A stretch of 64,000 nt of DNA from an uncultured Armatimonadetes bacterium (GTDB lineage Bacteria; Armatimonadota; Hebobacteria; Hebobacterales; Hebobacteraceae). A program made the position numbers and the translations under genes. Under the pieces are notes generated by a model that was given only the letters and a program-made list of their open reading frames with translations, was not told the DNA's origin and did not search any database. Within the stretch, counting starts at the first letter, position 1; every line of letters starts with the position of its first letter. The stretch spans positions 1,536,001 to 1,600,000 of the forward strand of contig OY970296.1 in assembly GCA_963716175.1 (NCBI GenBank), given 5' to 3'. Positions 51,530 through 60,587 of this stretch are shown here, in pieces.

Positions 51530-52747
51530 ATGACGAAGCTGCCAGCCGGGTTGCGCCTGGTTTCCGGGGGAGTGACAGCGCCCTGCGGATTCGAGGCCGC
51601 GGGTGTGCGCTGCGGCCTGAAAGCGCGGGGTCGGGACCTGGCGCTGATCTACAGCGTGGCCCCGGCCGCGGGGGCGGGGATGTTCACCACCAACCGGGTG
51701 CAGGCGGCGCCAGTAGTCGTGAGCAAAGATCGGCTGGGCCGGGGGCCGCTGCACGGGATCATCATCAACAGCGGGAACGCCAATGCCTGCACCGGGGCCC
51801 GCGGCTACCGGGATGCGGTGCGAATGGCGGAGGACACGGCGAGGGCGCTGGGGGTGCCGCCGCGCTCGATCCTGGTGTGCTCGACGGGCGTCATTGGCCG
51901 TGCGCTGCCGATGGACAAGATAGCGGCGGGCATCGGCAAGGCGGTGGATGCGTTGCGCCCGGACGGCGGGGAGGAGGCGGCGGCCGCGATCCTGACCACG
52001 GACACCAGGCCCAAGTCCGTAGCGGTCGAGTTCGAGCTGGCGGGACGGCCAGTGCGGGTGGGGGGAATGGCGAAGGGGTCGGGCATGATCGCCCCTCACC
52101 TGGCGACCATGCTGGCCTTCATCACGACAGATGCGGACGTGGGGCCCGATCTGCTGCACTCCTGCCTGGTCCCGGCGGTGGAGCGGTCTTTCAACCGGGT
52201 CACGGTGGATGGTGACACCAGCACCAATGATGCGGTGATGATAATGGCGAACCGGCAGGCGGAGGCAGGGCAGATCACCCGCCGCCGCGGCCTGAGCCAG
52301 CTCCAGGCCGCGCTGGACTGGGTGACGGCGCGCCTGGCGCGGGAGATCGTGCAAGATGGGGAGGGGGCGTCGAAAGTGATCGAGGTGCGAGTGCGCGGGG
52401 CGGAGACAGAGCGAGAGGCGGTGCGCATCGCCCGCAGCATCGCCAACTCGCCGCTGGTGAAGGCCGCGCTGGGCGGAGGCGACCCCAACTGGGGGCGGGT
52501 GCTGGCGGCGGCGGGGAGGGCGGGGGTGCGGTTTCGGCCGGACCTGGTGGATCTGCGGCTGGGGAAGGTGCGAGTGGTGCGGCGCGGCGCGGCGGCCAGG
52601 CATGACCAGGCGGCGGCCGCGGCGGCGGTGGCCGGGCCGGAGGTGCTGGTGCTGCTGGACCTGAACGGGGGAGAGCAGGAGGCGGTGGTGTGGACGTGCG
52701 ATTTGACCGCGGGCTATGTGAAGATCAACGCGGCGTATCATACGTAG
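51530..52747 (+). CDS. argJ: ornithine acetyltransferase
   Basis: NSGNANA, STGVIG, TTDT, KGSGMIAPHLATML, DTSTND, DGEG. Confidence 0.96.
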   Translation: MTKLPAGLRLVSGGVTAPCGFEAAGVRCGLKARGRDLALIYSVAPAAGAGMFTTNRVQAAPVVVSKDRLGRGPLHGIIINSGNANACTGARGYRDAVRMAEDTARALGVPPRSILVCSTGVIGRALPMDKIAAGIGKAVDALRPDGGEEAAAAILTTDTRPKSVAVEFELAGRPVRVGGMAKGSGMIAPHLATMLAFITTDADVGPDLLHSCLVPAVERSFNRVTVDGDTSTNDAVMIMANRQAEAGQITRRRGLSQLQAALDWVTARLAREIVQDGEGASKVIEVRVRGAETEREAVRIARSIANSPLVKAALGGGDPNWGRVLAAAGRAGVRFRPDLVDLRLGKVRVVRRGAAARHDQAAAAAAVAGPEVLVLLDLNGGEQEAVVWTCDLTAGYVKINAAYHT

Positions 52748-52825
52748 GGGTCTGGGATTTGGGATCTGAGATTTGAGATGGGAGAGGAACGGCGGTCAGC
52801 GCGGAGGCACAGAGGGCGCGGAGCG

Positions 52826-53710
52826 ATGAAGAGAGGGAAGGGTCAACCGGATATAGAGGGGCTGGGGCAGAGAGCGGCGGTGCTGATCGAGGCGCTGCCG
52901 TATCTGCGGGCGTTCCGCGGGGAGACGGTGGTGATCAAGTATGGGGGCGCGGCGATGGTGGAAGCGGAGCTGCGCGGGCAGGTGCTGAAGGACATCGTGC
53001 TGCTGGAGCACGTGGGACTGCATCCGGTGGTGGTGCACGGCGGGGGGCCGGAGATCACCGAGATGATGCGGCGGTTGGGCAAGGAGCCCGAATTCGTGGA
53101 GGGGCTGCGGGTGAGTGATGAGGAGACGGTGGGGATCGCGCAGATGGTGCTGACGGGCAAGACCAACCCCGACCTGGTGGCCGCCATCGCGCAGCAGGGG
53201 GGCCGCGCCATCGGCTTGAGCGGCAAGGACGGCGGAATGGTGGTGGCGCGCAAGCTGGCCGGGCCGCAGGATCTGGGAATGGTGGGGGAGGTGGCGGAGG
53301 TGAGGCCAGAGCTGGTGAAGAGGTTGGTGGCGCAAGGCCTGATACCGGTGATCGCGCCGATTGCGGCCGGGGCGGGGGGCGAGACCTTCAATATCAACGC
53401 GGATCACTTCGCGGGGAAGTTTGCGGGCGCGCTGGGGGCAGGCAAGCTGATGCTGCTGACAGACGTGCGCGGGGTGCTGCGGGATCGGTCCGACCCGGAG
53501 AGCCTGATCTCGGAGCTGGCGGCGGAACGGGGCAAGGAGATGATCGCCGCGGGGGAGATCGAGTCCGGGATGATCCCGAAAGTGGAGGCCTGCCTGGAGG
53601 CGCTGGCGGCGGGCGTGGAGCGGTGCCATATCATTGACGGCCGGCTGCCGCACGCGCTGCTGATGGAGCTGTTCACGGATGTGGGGATCGGGACGATGGT
53701 GGTGGCCTGA
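52826..53710 (+). CDS. argB: acetylglutamate kinase
   Basis: IKYGGAA, VHGGG, NINAD, GMIPK, ELFT..GIGT. Confidence 0.96.
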   Translation: MKRGKGQPDIEGLGQRAAVLIEALPYLRAFRGETVVIKYGGAAMVEAELRGQVLKDIVLLEHVGLHPVVVHGGGPEITEMMRRLGKEPEFVEGLRVSDEETVGIAQMVLTGKTNPDLVAAIAQQGGRAIGLSGKDGGMVVARKLAGPQDLGMVGEVAEVRPELVKRLVAQGLIPVIAPIAAGAGGETFNINADHFAGKFAGALGAGKLMLLTDVRGVLRDRSDPESLISELAAERGKEMIAAGEIESGMIPKVEACLEALAAGVERCHIIDGRLPHALLMELFTDVGIGTMVVA

Positions 53711-53797
53711 GGGAATGGGGCAGGAGCAGGTTGCCAGAGGCGACTGAAGCTCCTGCCGAACAGAGAAGGCGCGATGATGGTGGCGAGGTGAGGAGAG

Positions 53798-54052
53798 ATG
53801 CCGCTGTTCGAGTATCGGTGCAATGAGTGCGGGAGGAAGTTCACGCTGCTGGTGGGAATGACGGCGGAGAAGGCGAAGCTGCGCTGCCCGAAATGCGGGG
53901 CGACGAAGGCGACGAAGCTGATCTCGCGGATCGCGCGCACGCCCAAGGGAGATGATTTCGACGACGACCTGGGCGATCTGGGAGATGAGGGACCGGGCCT
54001 GGATGACGACACGGGCGATGACCTCGGGGACGACTTCGATGATGAGGAATGA
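53798..54052 (+). CDS. FmdB-family zinc ribbon protein with acidic tail
   Basis: MPLFEYRCNECG..CPKCG..KLIS. Confidence 0.8.
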   Translation: MPLFEYRCNECGRKFTLLVGMTAEKAKLRCPKCGATKATKLISRIARTPKGDDFDDDLGDLGDEGPGLDDDTGDDLGDDFDDEE

Positions 54053-54064
54053 GGGAGAACCGGC

Positions 54065-55267
54065 TTGAAGCTAGAGGAAGCGAAAGCACTGGAGCGCGCG
54101 CACCTGCTGAACCTCTATACGCCGATCCGGATGCCGATGGTGGTGGCGCGGGGTAAGGGGGCGCGGCTGTGGGATACGGAGGGCAAGGAGTATCTGGACT
54201 TCGTGAGCGGCGGGCGGGCGGTGACCGGGCTGGGGCACTGCCACCCGAAGGTGGTGGCGGCGATCTGCGAGCAGGCCCACACTTTGCTGCACGTCTCCAA
54301 TGACTTCTACACCGAGCCGCAGCTCCGGCTGGCGGAGCGCTTATCCAGGATGTTCGGGGGCCGCTGCTTCCTGTGCAACAGCGGCGCAGAGGCGAACGAG
54401 GCGGCGATCAAGCTGGCGCGCAAGCACGGCTTCAAGACCGCGGGGCCCGAGAAGTTCGAGATCGTGAGCGCGCTGAAGTCGTTCCATGGACGGACCCTCG
54501 CCGCGCTGGCGGCGACTGGCCAGCCCAAGTATCACCGCGGCTTTCAGCCCCTGCCAGCGGGGTTCGTGCACGTGCCCTTCAATGATGTGGCGGCGCTGCG
54601 GGGCGCGGTGTCGGCGCGCACCTGTGCGGTGCTGCTGGAGCCGATCCTGGGTGAGAGCGGGGTCTACCCGGCGACGCCGGAATACCTGGCGGCGGCGCGG
54701 GAGGTGTGCGATCAGCAGGGAGCGGTGCTGATCCTGGATGAGATCCAGACCGGGCTGGGACGCACGGGGAAGCTGTTCGCCTATCAGCATTACGATATCC
54801 AGCCGGATGTGATCACGCTGGCGAAGGCGCTGGGGGGAGGGCTGCCCATCGGGGCGATGATCGCGCGGGAGCCGGCCGCGAGCGCGTTCGAGCCGGGGGA
54901 TCACGCCTCCACGTTCGGGGGGAGCGCGTTGCCGGCGGCCGCGGCGCTGGCGGCGCTGGAGGTGATCGAGGAGGAGGGGCTGGTGGCGAATGCGGACCGC
55001 ATGGGGCAGCGGCTGGCACAGGGGCTGGAGGCGCTGCGAGCGAAGACGCGGCTGGTGAAAGAGGTGCGGGCGCGGGGGTTGATGATCGCGGTGGACCTGA
55101 CGCAGCCGAAGGCGGCCCAGGTGAAGGAAGAGTGCGCGGCGCGGGGATTGCTGGTCAACACCGTGGGTGATAATATGCTCCGCCTGCTGCCGCCAATGGT
55201 GCTGACCCTGGAGGAGGCGGACCGGGGCCTGCGATTGCTGGGGGAGGCGCTGGCGGCGCAGAGCTAG
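54065..55267 (+). CDS. argD: acetylornithine aminotransferase
   Basis: NSGAEANE, SFHGRT, DEIQTG, AKALGGG, HASTFGG. Confidence 0.93.
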   Translation: MKLEEAKALERAHLLNLYTPIRMPMVVARGKGARLWDTEGKEYLDFVSGGRAVTGLGHCHPKVVAAICEQAHTLLHVSNDFYTEPQLRLAERLSRMFGGRCFLCNSGAEANEAAIKLARKHGFKTAGPEKFEIVSALKSFHGRTLAALAATGQPKYHRGFQPLPAGFVHVPFNDVAALRGAVSARTCAVLLEPILGESGVYPATPEYLAAAREVCDQQGAVLILDEIQTGLGRTGKLFAYQHYDIQPDVITLAKALGGGLPIGAMIAREPAASAFEPGDHASTFGGSALPAAAALAALEVIEEEGLVANADRMGQRLAQGLEALRAKTRLVKEVRARGLMIAVDLTQPKAAQVKEECAARGLLVNTVGDNMLRLLPPMVLTLEEADRGLRLLGEALAAQS

Positions 55268-55276
55268 GCGAGCGCG

Positions 55277-55630
55277 GTGGACGCGGCCTTCCTGATCGTG
55301 GTCGGGATCAACCTCTGTTTCCTGAGCGGACTGATCATCTACCGGATGCGGACCCTGGGGGCGACGGTCAGGCGGACGGCGGGGCCAGTGATTGAGTTGT
55401 GGGTGGCATTCGCGCTCTGGATCGGGGTTTTCCGCGCCCTCTCGGCCCGGATTGGGGCTCCCGGCAGCGAGGGTGCGGTGGGCGAGCTCGGGCAACTGGG
55501 GCATCGCCTCCTGGACTTGCCGACCTTCACCCGGGGATGGGTGCTGGGCGGGGTTGGGATCGCGATGGGGCTGCTGGTGCATTTGCTGTGGACGTTGAGC
55601 CGGGTGATGCGCGGAGGGGCCGAGGGATAG
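55277..55630 (+). CDS. small membrane protein, unknown function
   Basis: 117 aa, three hydrophobic segments, fills the argD-argF gap. Confidence 0.6.
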   Translation: MDAAFLIVVGINLCFLSGLIIYRMRTLGATVRRTAGPVIELWVAFALWIGVFRALSARIGAPGSEGAVGELGQLGHRLLDLPTFTRGWVLGGVGIAMGLLVHLLWTLSRVMRGGAEG

Positions 55631-55737
55631 AAGGGGCGGCGGGCATGCAGAGATGGCTAGGTCGCCAGAGGCGACCGCCATGGCGGCCCAAGCCTAGCCA
55701 CATGCCCGCCCTACAGGACGTTGAGCCGGGTGATGCG
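55590..55737 (+). repeat. 22-bp direct repeat flanking a nested REP cassette
   Basis: GGACGTTGAGCCGGGTGATGCG at 55590-55611 and 55716-55737. Confidence 0.88.
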
Positions 55738-55764
55738 GGGGGAAGCCTGATCAGGGGGGAGAGA

Positions 55765-56703
55765 ATGGCGCTGTCACTCAAGGGGAGAAGTCTGCTGTCC
55801 ATCGCCGATCTCACGCGGGAGGAGATCGAGGAGATGCTGCGCCTGGCGGCGGCGCAGAAGGCGGGCCAGGTTCCGGCGGAGGCGCTGTGGTCAGTGGCGC
55901 GGGGCCGGAATCTAGCGATCCTGTTCGATAAGTCATCGCTGCGGACGCGGGTGGGCTTCGAGGTGGCGATGAGCCAGCTTGGGGGGCACAGCGTCTACCT
56001 GGCGCCGGCGGATGTGCGGCTCGGGGACCGGGAGCCGGTGCGGGATGTGGCGCGGGTGTTGGGCCGGATGGTAGATGCGATTGCGGCCCGTCTCTCCGCG
56101 CACGAGCACGTGCAAGAGCTGGCCCGGTTCTCCGGGGTGCCGGTGATCAATGCCATGTCTCACCTGGAGCACCCCTGCCAGGCGCTGGCCGATCTGCTCA
56201 CCATCAAGGAGCGCAAGGGCGAGGTGCGGGGGGTGGAGCTGGCCTGGGTGGGAGATGGCAATAACGTCTGCCACTCTCTGCTGCTGATCGGGGCGATGTT
56301 CGGCCTGCGGATGCGGATCGCCACGCCGGCCGCCTATGAGCCGCGGCCGGCGATAGTGGCGAAGGCGGAGGAACTTGCGAGGGCGAGCGGGGCGAGCATC
56401 AGCATCGGCAATAACCCGGCGGCCGCGGTGAAGGGGGCAGATGTGGTCTCCACCGATGTGTGGGTGAGCGCGGGGATGGAGGAGCACGCCACGCGCCGGC
56501 GAGTGGATTTCCGCGAGTTCCAGGTGAACGAGGAGCTGGTGAGGCAGGCGAAGCCGGAGGCGTTTGTGCTGCACTGCCTGCCGGCTCACCGGGGGGAGGA
56601 GATCGCGGACGAGGTGATAGAAGGGCCGCAGTTCGCGGGCTTCGAGCAGGCGGAGAATCGGCTGCACACGCAGCGCGCGCTGTTGAGCTTGGTGTTTGCG
56701 TGA
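55765..56703 (+). CDS. argF: ornithine carbamoyltransferase
   Basis: KSSLRTR, HPCQALAD, GDGNNV, DVWVS, HCLPAHRG, QAENRLH. Confidence 0.92.
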   Translation: MALSLKGRSLLSIADLTREEIEEMLRLAAAQKAGQVPAEALWSVARGRNLAILFDKSSLRTRVGFEVAMSQLGGHSVYLAPADVRLGDREPVRDVARVLGRMVDAIAARLSAHEHVQELARFSGVPVINAMSHLEHPCQALADLLTIKERKGEVRGVELAWVGDGNNVCHSLLLIGAMFGLRMRIATPAAYEPRPAIVAKAEELARASGASISIGNNPAAAVKGADVVSTDVWVSAGMEEHATRRRVDFREFQVNEELVRQAKPEAFVLHCLPAHRGEEIADEVIEGPQFAGFEQAENRLHTQRALLSLVFA

Positions 56704-56708
56704 ACCTG

Positions 56709-56869
56709 GGGCAGGTCGCGGACCTGCCCTACCGGGGGTTTCTGTAGGGCGGCTAGGCGGCCGAGGAGCATAGGCGAAGCGGCCGCCTAGCCGCCGCTGG
56801 ATGAACGGAAACGGCCGGCGGCTATGCCTCCGCCCGCTAGTGGTGGGCGTCGGCATGGCCGCCCTACAA
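56709..56869. repeat. REP cluster between argF and argG
   Basis: GGGCAGGTCGCGGACCTGCCCTACC, TGTAGGGCGGCTAGGCGGCC..GGCCGCCTAGCCGCC and GGCGGCTATGCC..GGCATGGCCGCCCTACA. Confidence 0.8.
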
Positions 56870-56886
56870 GGTGGAAGGAGGATCAG

Positions 56887-58089
56887 GTGGCCAAGGTGGT
56901 GCTGGCTTATTCGGGAGGGCTGGATACCTCGGTGGCGATCCGCTGGATCAAGGAGCACTACGGCCTGGAGGTGTATGCCGTGGCGGTTGATCTGGGGGAG
57001 GAGCGCGACTACGCGGGGATCAGGGAGAAGGCGCTGAAGATCGGGGCGATCGGGTCGGAGGTGGTGGAGGCCAAGGAGGAGTTCGCCCGCGACTTCATCG
57101 TCCCGGCCCTGAAGGCGAACGCGGTCTACGAGGACCGGTATCCGCTCTCGACCGCGCTGGGCCGGCCACTGATCGCGAAGGCGGTGGGCGAGGTGGCGGT
57201 GCGCGAGGGCGCGGAGGCGGTGGCTCACGGGGCCACGGGGAAGGGCAATGACCAGGTTCGGTTCGAGGTCACCTGGGCCTGCCTGTTCCCGCAGCTCAAG
57301 TGCCTGGCCCCGATCCGGGAGTGGGCGATGAGCCGGGAGCAGGAGATTGACTATGCCAAGCAGCACGGCATTCCGGTCCCGGTGGAGAAGAAGTCGCCCT
57401 ACAGCTATGACACCAACCTCTGGGGCAAGAGCGCGGAGGCGGGACCGCTGGAGGACCCCTGGGTGGAGCCGCCGGCCGATGTGCACCAGTGGACCAAGGA
57501 CCCGGAGGCGGCGCCCGACCGGCCGGCCTATGTGGAGATCGGGTTCGAGCAGGGGGCGCCGGTCAGCCTGGATGGCAAGAAGCTGACACCGGCGGTCTTG
57601 ATCGCGCGGCTGAACGCGCTGGCGGGCGAGCACGGGGTGGGCCGGATTGACATGATGGAGAATCGGCTGGTAGGGATCAAGTCGCGGGAGACGTATGAGT
57701 GTCCCGCGGCGGCGGTGCTGCTGGCGGCGCACCGCGACCTGGAGAGCCTTTGCCTGGAGAGGGAGCTGGCGCACTACAAGCGGGTGCTGGAGCTGAAGTA
57801 CGCGGAGCTGGTCTACTACGGCCTCTGGTACAGCCCGCTGCGCCGGGCGCTGGATGCCTTCATGGAGAGCACGCAGGAGACAGTGACCGGAACGGTGCGG
57901 ATGAAGCTGCACAAGGGCAACTGCATGGCGGCGGGCCGCAAGTCGCCCAGCTCGCTCTATCGCTACGATCTCGCCACCTACGAGAAGGGGGACCGGTTCG
58001 ATCAGCAAGCGAGCGTGGGGTTCATCCGGCTGTGGGGGCTGTCGGCCCAGATCGCGGAACAGGTGCGCCGGGAGGGGGAGAAGGGATAG
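56887..58089 (+). CDS. argG: argininosuccinate synthase
   Basis: LAYSGGLDTS, HGATGKGNDQVRF, ENRLVGIKSRE. Confidence 0.97.
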   Translation: MAKVVLAYSGGLDTSVAIRWIKEHYGLEVYAVAVDLGEERDYAGIREKALKIGAIGSEVVEAKEEFARDFIVPALKANAVYEDRYPLSTALGRPLIAKAVGEVAVREGAEAVAHGATGKGNDQVRFEVTWACLFPQLKCLAPIREWAMSREQEIDYAKQHGIPVPVEKKSPYSYDTNLWGKSAEAGPLEDPWVEPPADVHQWTKDPEAAPDRPAYVEIGFEQGAPVSLDGKKLTPAVLIARLNALAGEHGVGRIDMMENRLVGIKSRETYECPAAAVLLAAHRDLESLCLERELAHYKRVLELKYAELVYYGLWYSPLRRALDAFMESTQETVTGTVRMKLHKGNCMAAGRKSPSSLYRYDLATYEKGDRFDQQASVGFIRLWGLSAQIAEQVRREGEKG

Positions 58090-58092
58090 GCC

Positions 58093-59466
58093 ATGCGGCT
58101 GTGGGGGGGACGTTTTGGCGAGGGCCCTGACGATCTGGCGGGCGCGTTCACCAGCTCGCTGGCCTTCGACCAGAGGCTGGCCGAGCACGACATCACGGGC
58201 AGCATCGCGCACGTGCGGATGTTGGGGCACTGTGGGGTGATCAGCGCGGACGAGGCGCGGCTGCTGGAGGCGGGCCTAGAGCAGGTGCGGGCGGCGCTGG
58301 CCAGCCGCCAGATCAAGTTCGACCCGAGCGCGGAGGACATCCACAGCGAGATCGAGCGCTTGCTAGGTCAGCAGGTAGGCGAGCTGGCGGGCAAGCTGCA
58401 TACCGCGCGCAGCCGCAACGACCAGGTGGCGCTGGACCTGCGCCTGTTCCTGCGGGACGAGATTGACCAGCTTCGGGGGCGCATCGCGGCTCTCCAGGGG
58501 ACACTGGTGGACCTGGCGGAGCAGCACCTGGACCTGGTGCTTCCCGGCTACACGCATCTGCAGCGGGCGCAGCCGGTGCTGCTGGCGCAGCACCTGATGG
58601 CCTATTTCTTCATGCTCGAGCGAGACCGGGAGCGGCTGGCCGACTGCCGCAAGCGGGTGAACCTGTGCCCTCTGGGCGCGGCCGCGCTGGCCGGGACCAG
58701 CTTCCCGATTGACCCGGGGTTCGTGGCGGAGCAACTCGGATTTGCCGGCCTCTGCCCCAACAGCATGGACGCGGTCTCGGACCGGGACTTCGCAGTGGAA
58801 TTCCTGGGAGATGCCGCCATCGCCATGGTGCATCTCTCTCAGCTCTGCGGGGAGATCGTGCTGTGGGCGAGCGCGGAGTTCGGCTTTCTGCAGCTGGATG
58901 AGGCCTGGAGCACGGGGTCGAGCATCATGCCGCAGAAGCGAAACCCGGACGCGGCGGAGCTGGTGCGGGCGAAGGCGGGCAGGGTGATGGGGCGGCTGGT
59001 GGGGACGCTGGCGGTGCTGAAGGGGCTGCCCCTCGCGTACAACCGGGACCTGCAGGAGGATAAGGAAGCGCTGTTCGAGGCGGTGGACACGCTGGGCGCG
59101 TCACTGGCGGTGACGCGCGAGATGCTGGCGAGCGCCACCTTTGACGGGAAGCGGATGCAGGAGGCGCTGGCGCGCGAGTTCATCGCCGCCACGGAGATTG
59201 CAGACTACCTGGCCAGGCAAGGGGTGCCGTTTCGCCAGGCCCACGCCATCGTGGGGCAGATCGTGAGGTATTGCGAGAAGCAGGCGATCGGGCTGGCGGA
59301 TATGTCGCGGGAGGAATGGCGGTCGTTCTCGACCGAGTTCGGGGAGGACATCGGGCAGTACATCTCGCCGGCCGGGGCGGCGGCGGCGAAGAAGTCGCCG
59401 GGGGGGACGGCGCCGGAGCGGGTGCGGGAGCAGATCGCAAGGGCAAGGCAACTGCTGAACGGCTGA
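58093..59466 (+). CDS. argH: argininosuccinate lyase
   Basis: LWGGRF, HTARSRNDQ, TGSSIMPQKRNPD, YNRDLQEDK. Confidence 0.97.
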   Translation: MRLWGGRFGEGPDDLAGAFTSSLAFDQRLAEHDITGSIAHVRMLGHCGVISADEARLLEAGLEQVRAALASRQIKFDPSAEDIHSEIERLLGQQVGELAGKLHTARSRNDQVALDLRLFLRDEIDQLRGRIAALQGTLVDLAEQHLDLVLPGYTHLQRAQPVLLAQHLMAYFFMLERDRERLADCRKRVNLCPLGAAALAGTSFPIDPGFVAEQLGFAGLCPNSMDAVSDRDFAVEFLGDAAIAMVHLSQLCGEIVLWASAEFGFLQLDEAWSTGSSIMPQKRNPDAAELVRAKAGRVMGRLVGTLAVLKGLPLAYNRDLQEDKEALFEAVDTLGASLAVTREMLASATFDGKRMQEALAREFIAATEIADYLARQGVPFRQAHAIVGQIVRYCEKQAIGLADMSREEWRSFSTEFGEDIGQYISPAGAAAAKKSPGGTAPERVREQIARARQLLNG

Positions 59467-59528
59467 GTGACGGCGATCCGCAGATTACGCAGATTGCGCA
59501 GATAGCGAACGTACGAGAAGATGCGCCG

Positions 59529-60338
59529 CTAGCCGCGGGGTATGCCGAGTTCGCGCAGAAGCTCGGCTAGATAGCGGGCGGCGTGGGGGAAGGCGACCTC
59601 GGGGTCGGGCAGTTCGGGGTGCCAGGCTTTCTCCCACTCCAGCGAGATGTATCCTGAGTATCCCAGCTGGTGCGCCTCCACGAGCAATTCGCGCAGGGGG
59701 AGGTCTCCATCGCCCAGGAGGGTGAGCGCGCCATCCGACTTGCCGTCCTTGATGTGTACATGGGAGGTGCGGGGCCCGATGAGACGGGCGGTCTGGGCTG
59801 GTGACTCGCCAAGTCGGACTGGGTGGTGGAAGTCCCAAAGCGCACCTACACCCTCCTCTCCCGCCATGGCCAGGGCCTCGGCAACCTGAGCGCCAGTGGA
59901 GAAGGCGTCATGGGTCTCCAGCAACACGCGCAGGCCGCGCTGAGCGGCGCGACGGCCCAGGCGGGAGAGCTTCTCGGCGGCGCGTTTGGTGGCCTGGGCG
60001 CGGGTCTCTCCCTCTGGGACTTCGCCGCCGAAGACGCGCAGGTAGGGCGCGCCCAGGGCCAGGGCGAGGTCAATCATCTGCTCGCCCTCGCTCACCCCGG
60101 CCTCCACGGCGGTGAGCACGACCGAGGTGTCGAGGCAGCAGATGGCGAGGTTGACGCGCTGGAAGCGGCGGCGGAACTCGCGGGGACCTCCCGGGAAGGC
60201 AGATAGCGCTTGCTTAAGGTCGAGAGTGCCCTGGAAGAAGCGCAACTCAATACCGTCGTAGCCATCTGCGCGGGCCGCGTCGAGGATCTCATCAACTCCC
60301 CAGTTCGGGCAACCGAGGGTGCTGAACGCGAGCTTCAT
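59529..60338 (-). CDS. sugar phosphate isomerase/epimerase (xylose isomerase-like TIM barrel)
   Basis: FSTLGCP, DGIELR, LETHD, WDFHH, HVHIKD, SLEWEK. Confidence 0.85.
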   Translation of the reverse strand: MKLAFSTLGCPNWGVDEILDAARADGYDGIELRFFQGTLDLKQALSAFPGGPREFRRRFQRVNLAICCLDTSVVLTAVEAGVSEGEQMIDLALALGAPYLRVFGGEVPEGETRAQATKRAAEKLSRLGRRAAQRGLRVLLETHDAFSTGAQVAEALAMAGEEGVGALWDFHHPVRLGESPAQTARLIGPRTSHVHIKDGKSDGALTLLGDGDLPLRELLVEAHQLGYSGYISLEWEKAWHPELPDPEVAFPHAARYLAELLRELGIPRG

Positions 60339-60516
60339 GTGGTTGGGTCTCCCATGGTGGAGTGCGGTGTTCATTCGGCGTGGAGGGGGGCGCGTCCTTG
60401 CGGGGCCGCGGCAAGCTCGTGAGGGGCGCCCGGCCTTCGACTCCGCTCAGGGTGAACTCCGGGCTGCCCTGCCAGTCATCCCGCCGCACGTCAGGACTTG
60501 CCACAGCGTGGTCGCC

Positions 60517-60545
60517 TTGAAAACAGGTGCGGGCTGTGCTACACT
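60517..60545 (+). promoter_or_regulatory. putative promoter
   Basis: TTGAAA-17 bp-TACACT with TG extension. Confidence 0.55.
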
Positions 60546-60587
60546 CGCGCCAGCTTGTCTGGAAGAGACGCGAGCAGGGGAAGAGTG

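Noticed and set aside
405-59503. CRISPR array
   Set aside because: The repeats are dispersed or short-period, with no constant repeat and unique-spacer spacing and no cas genes.
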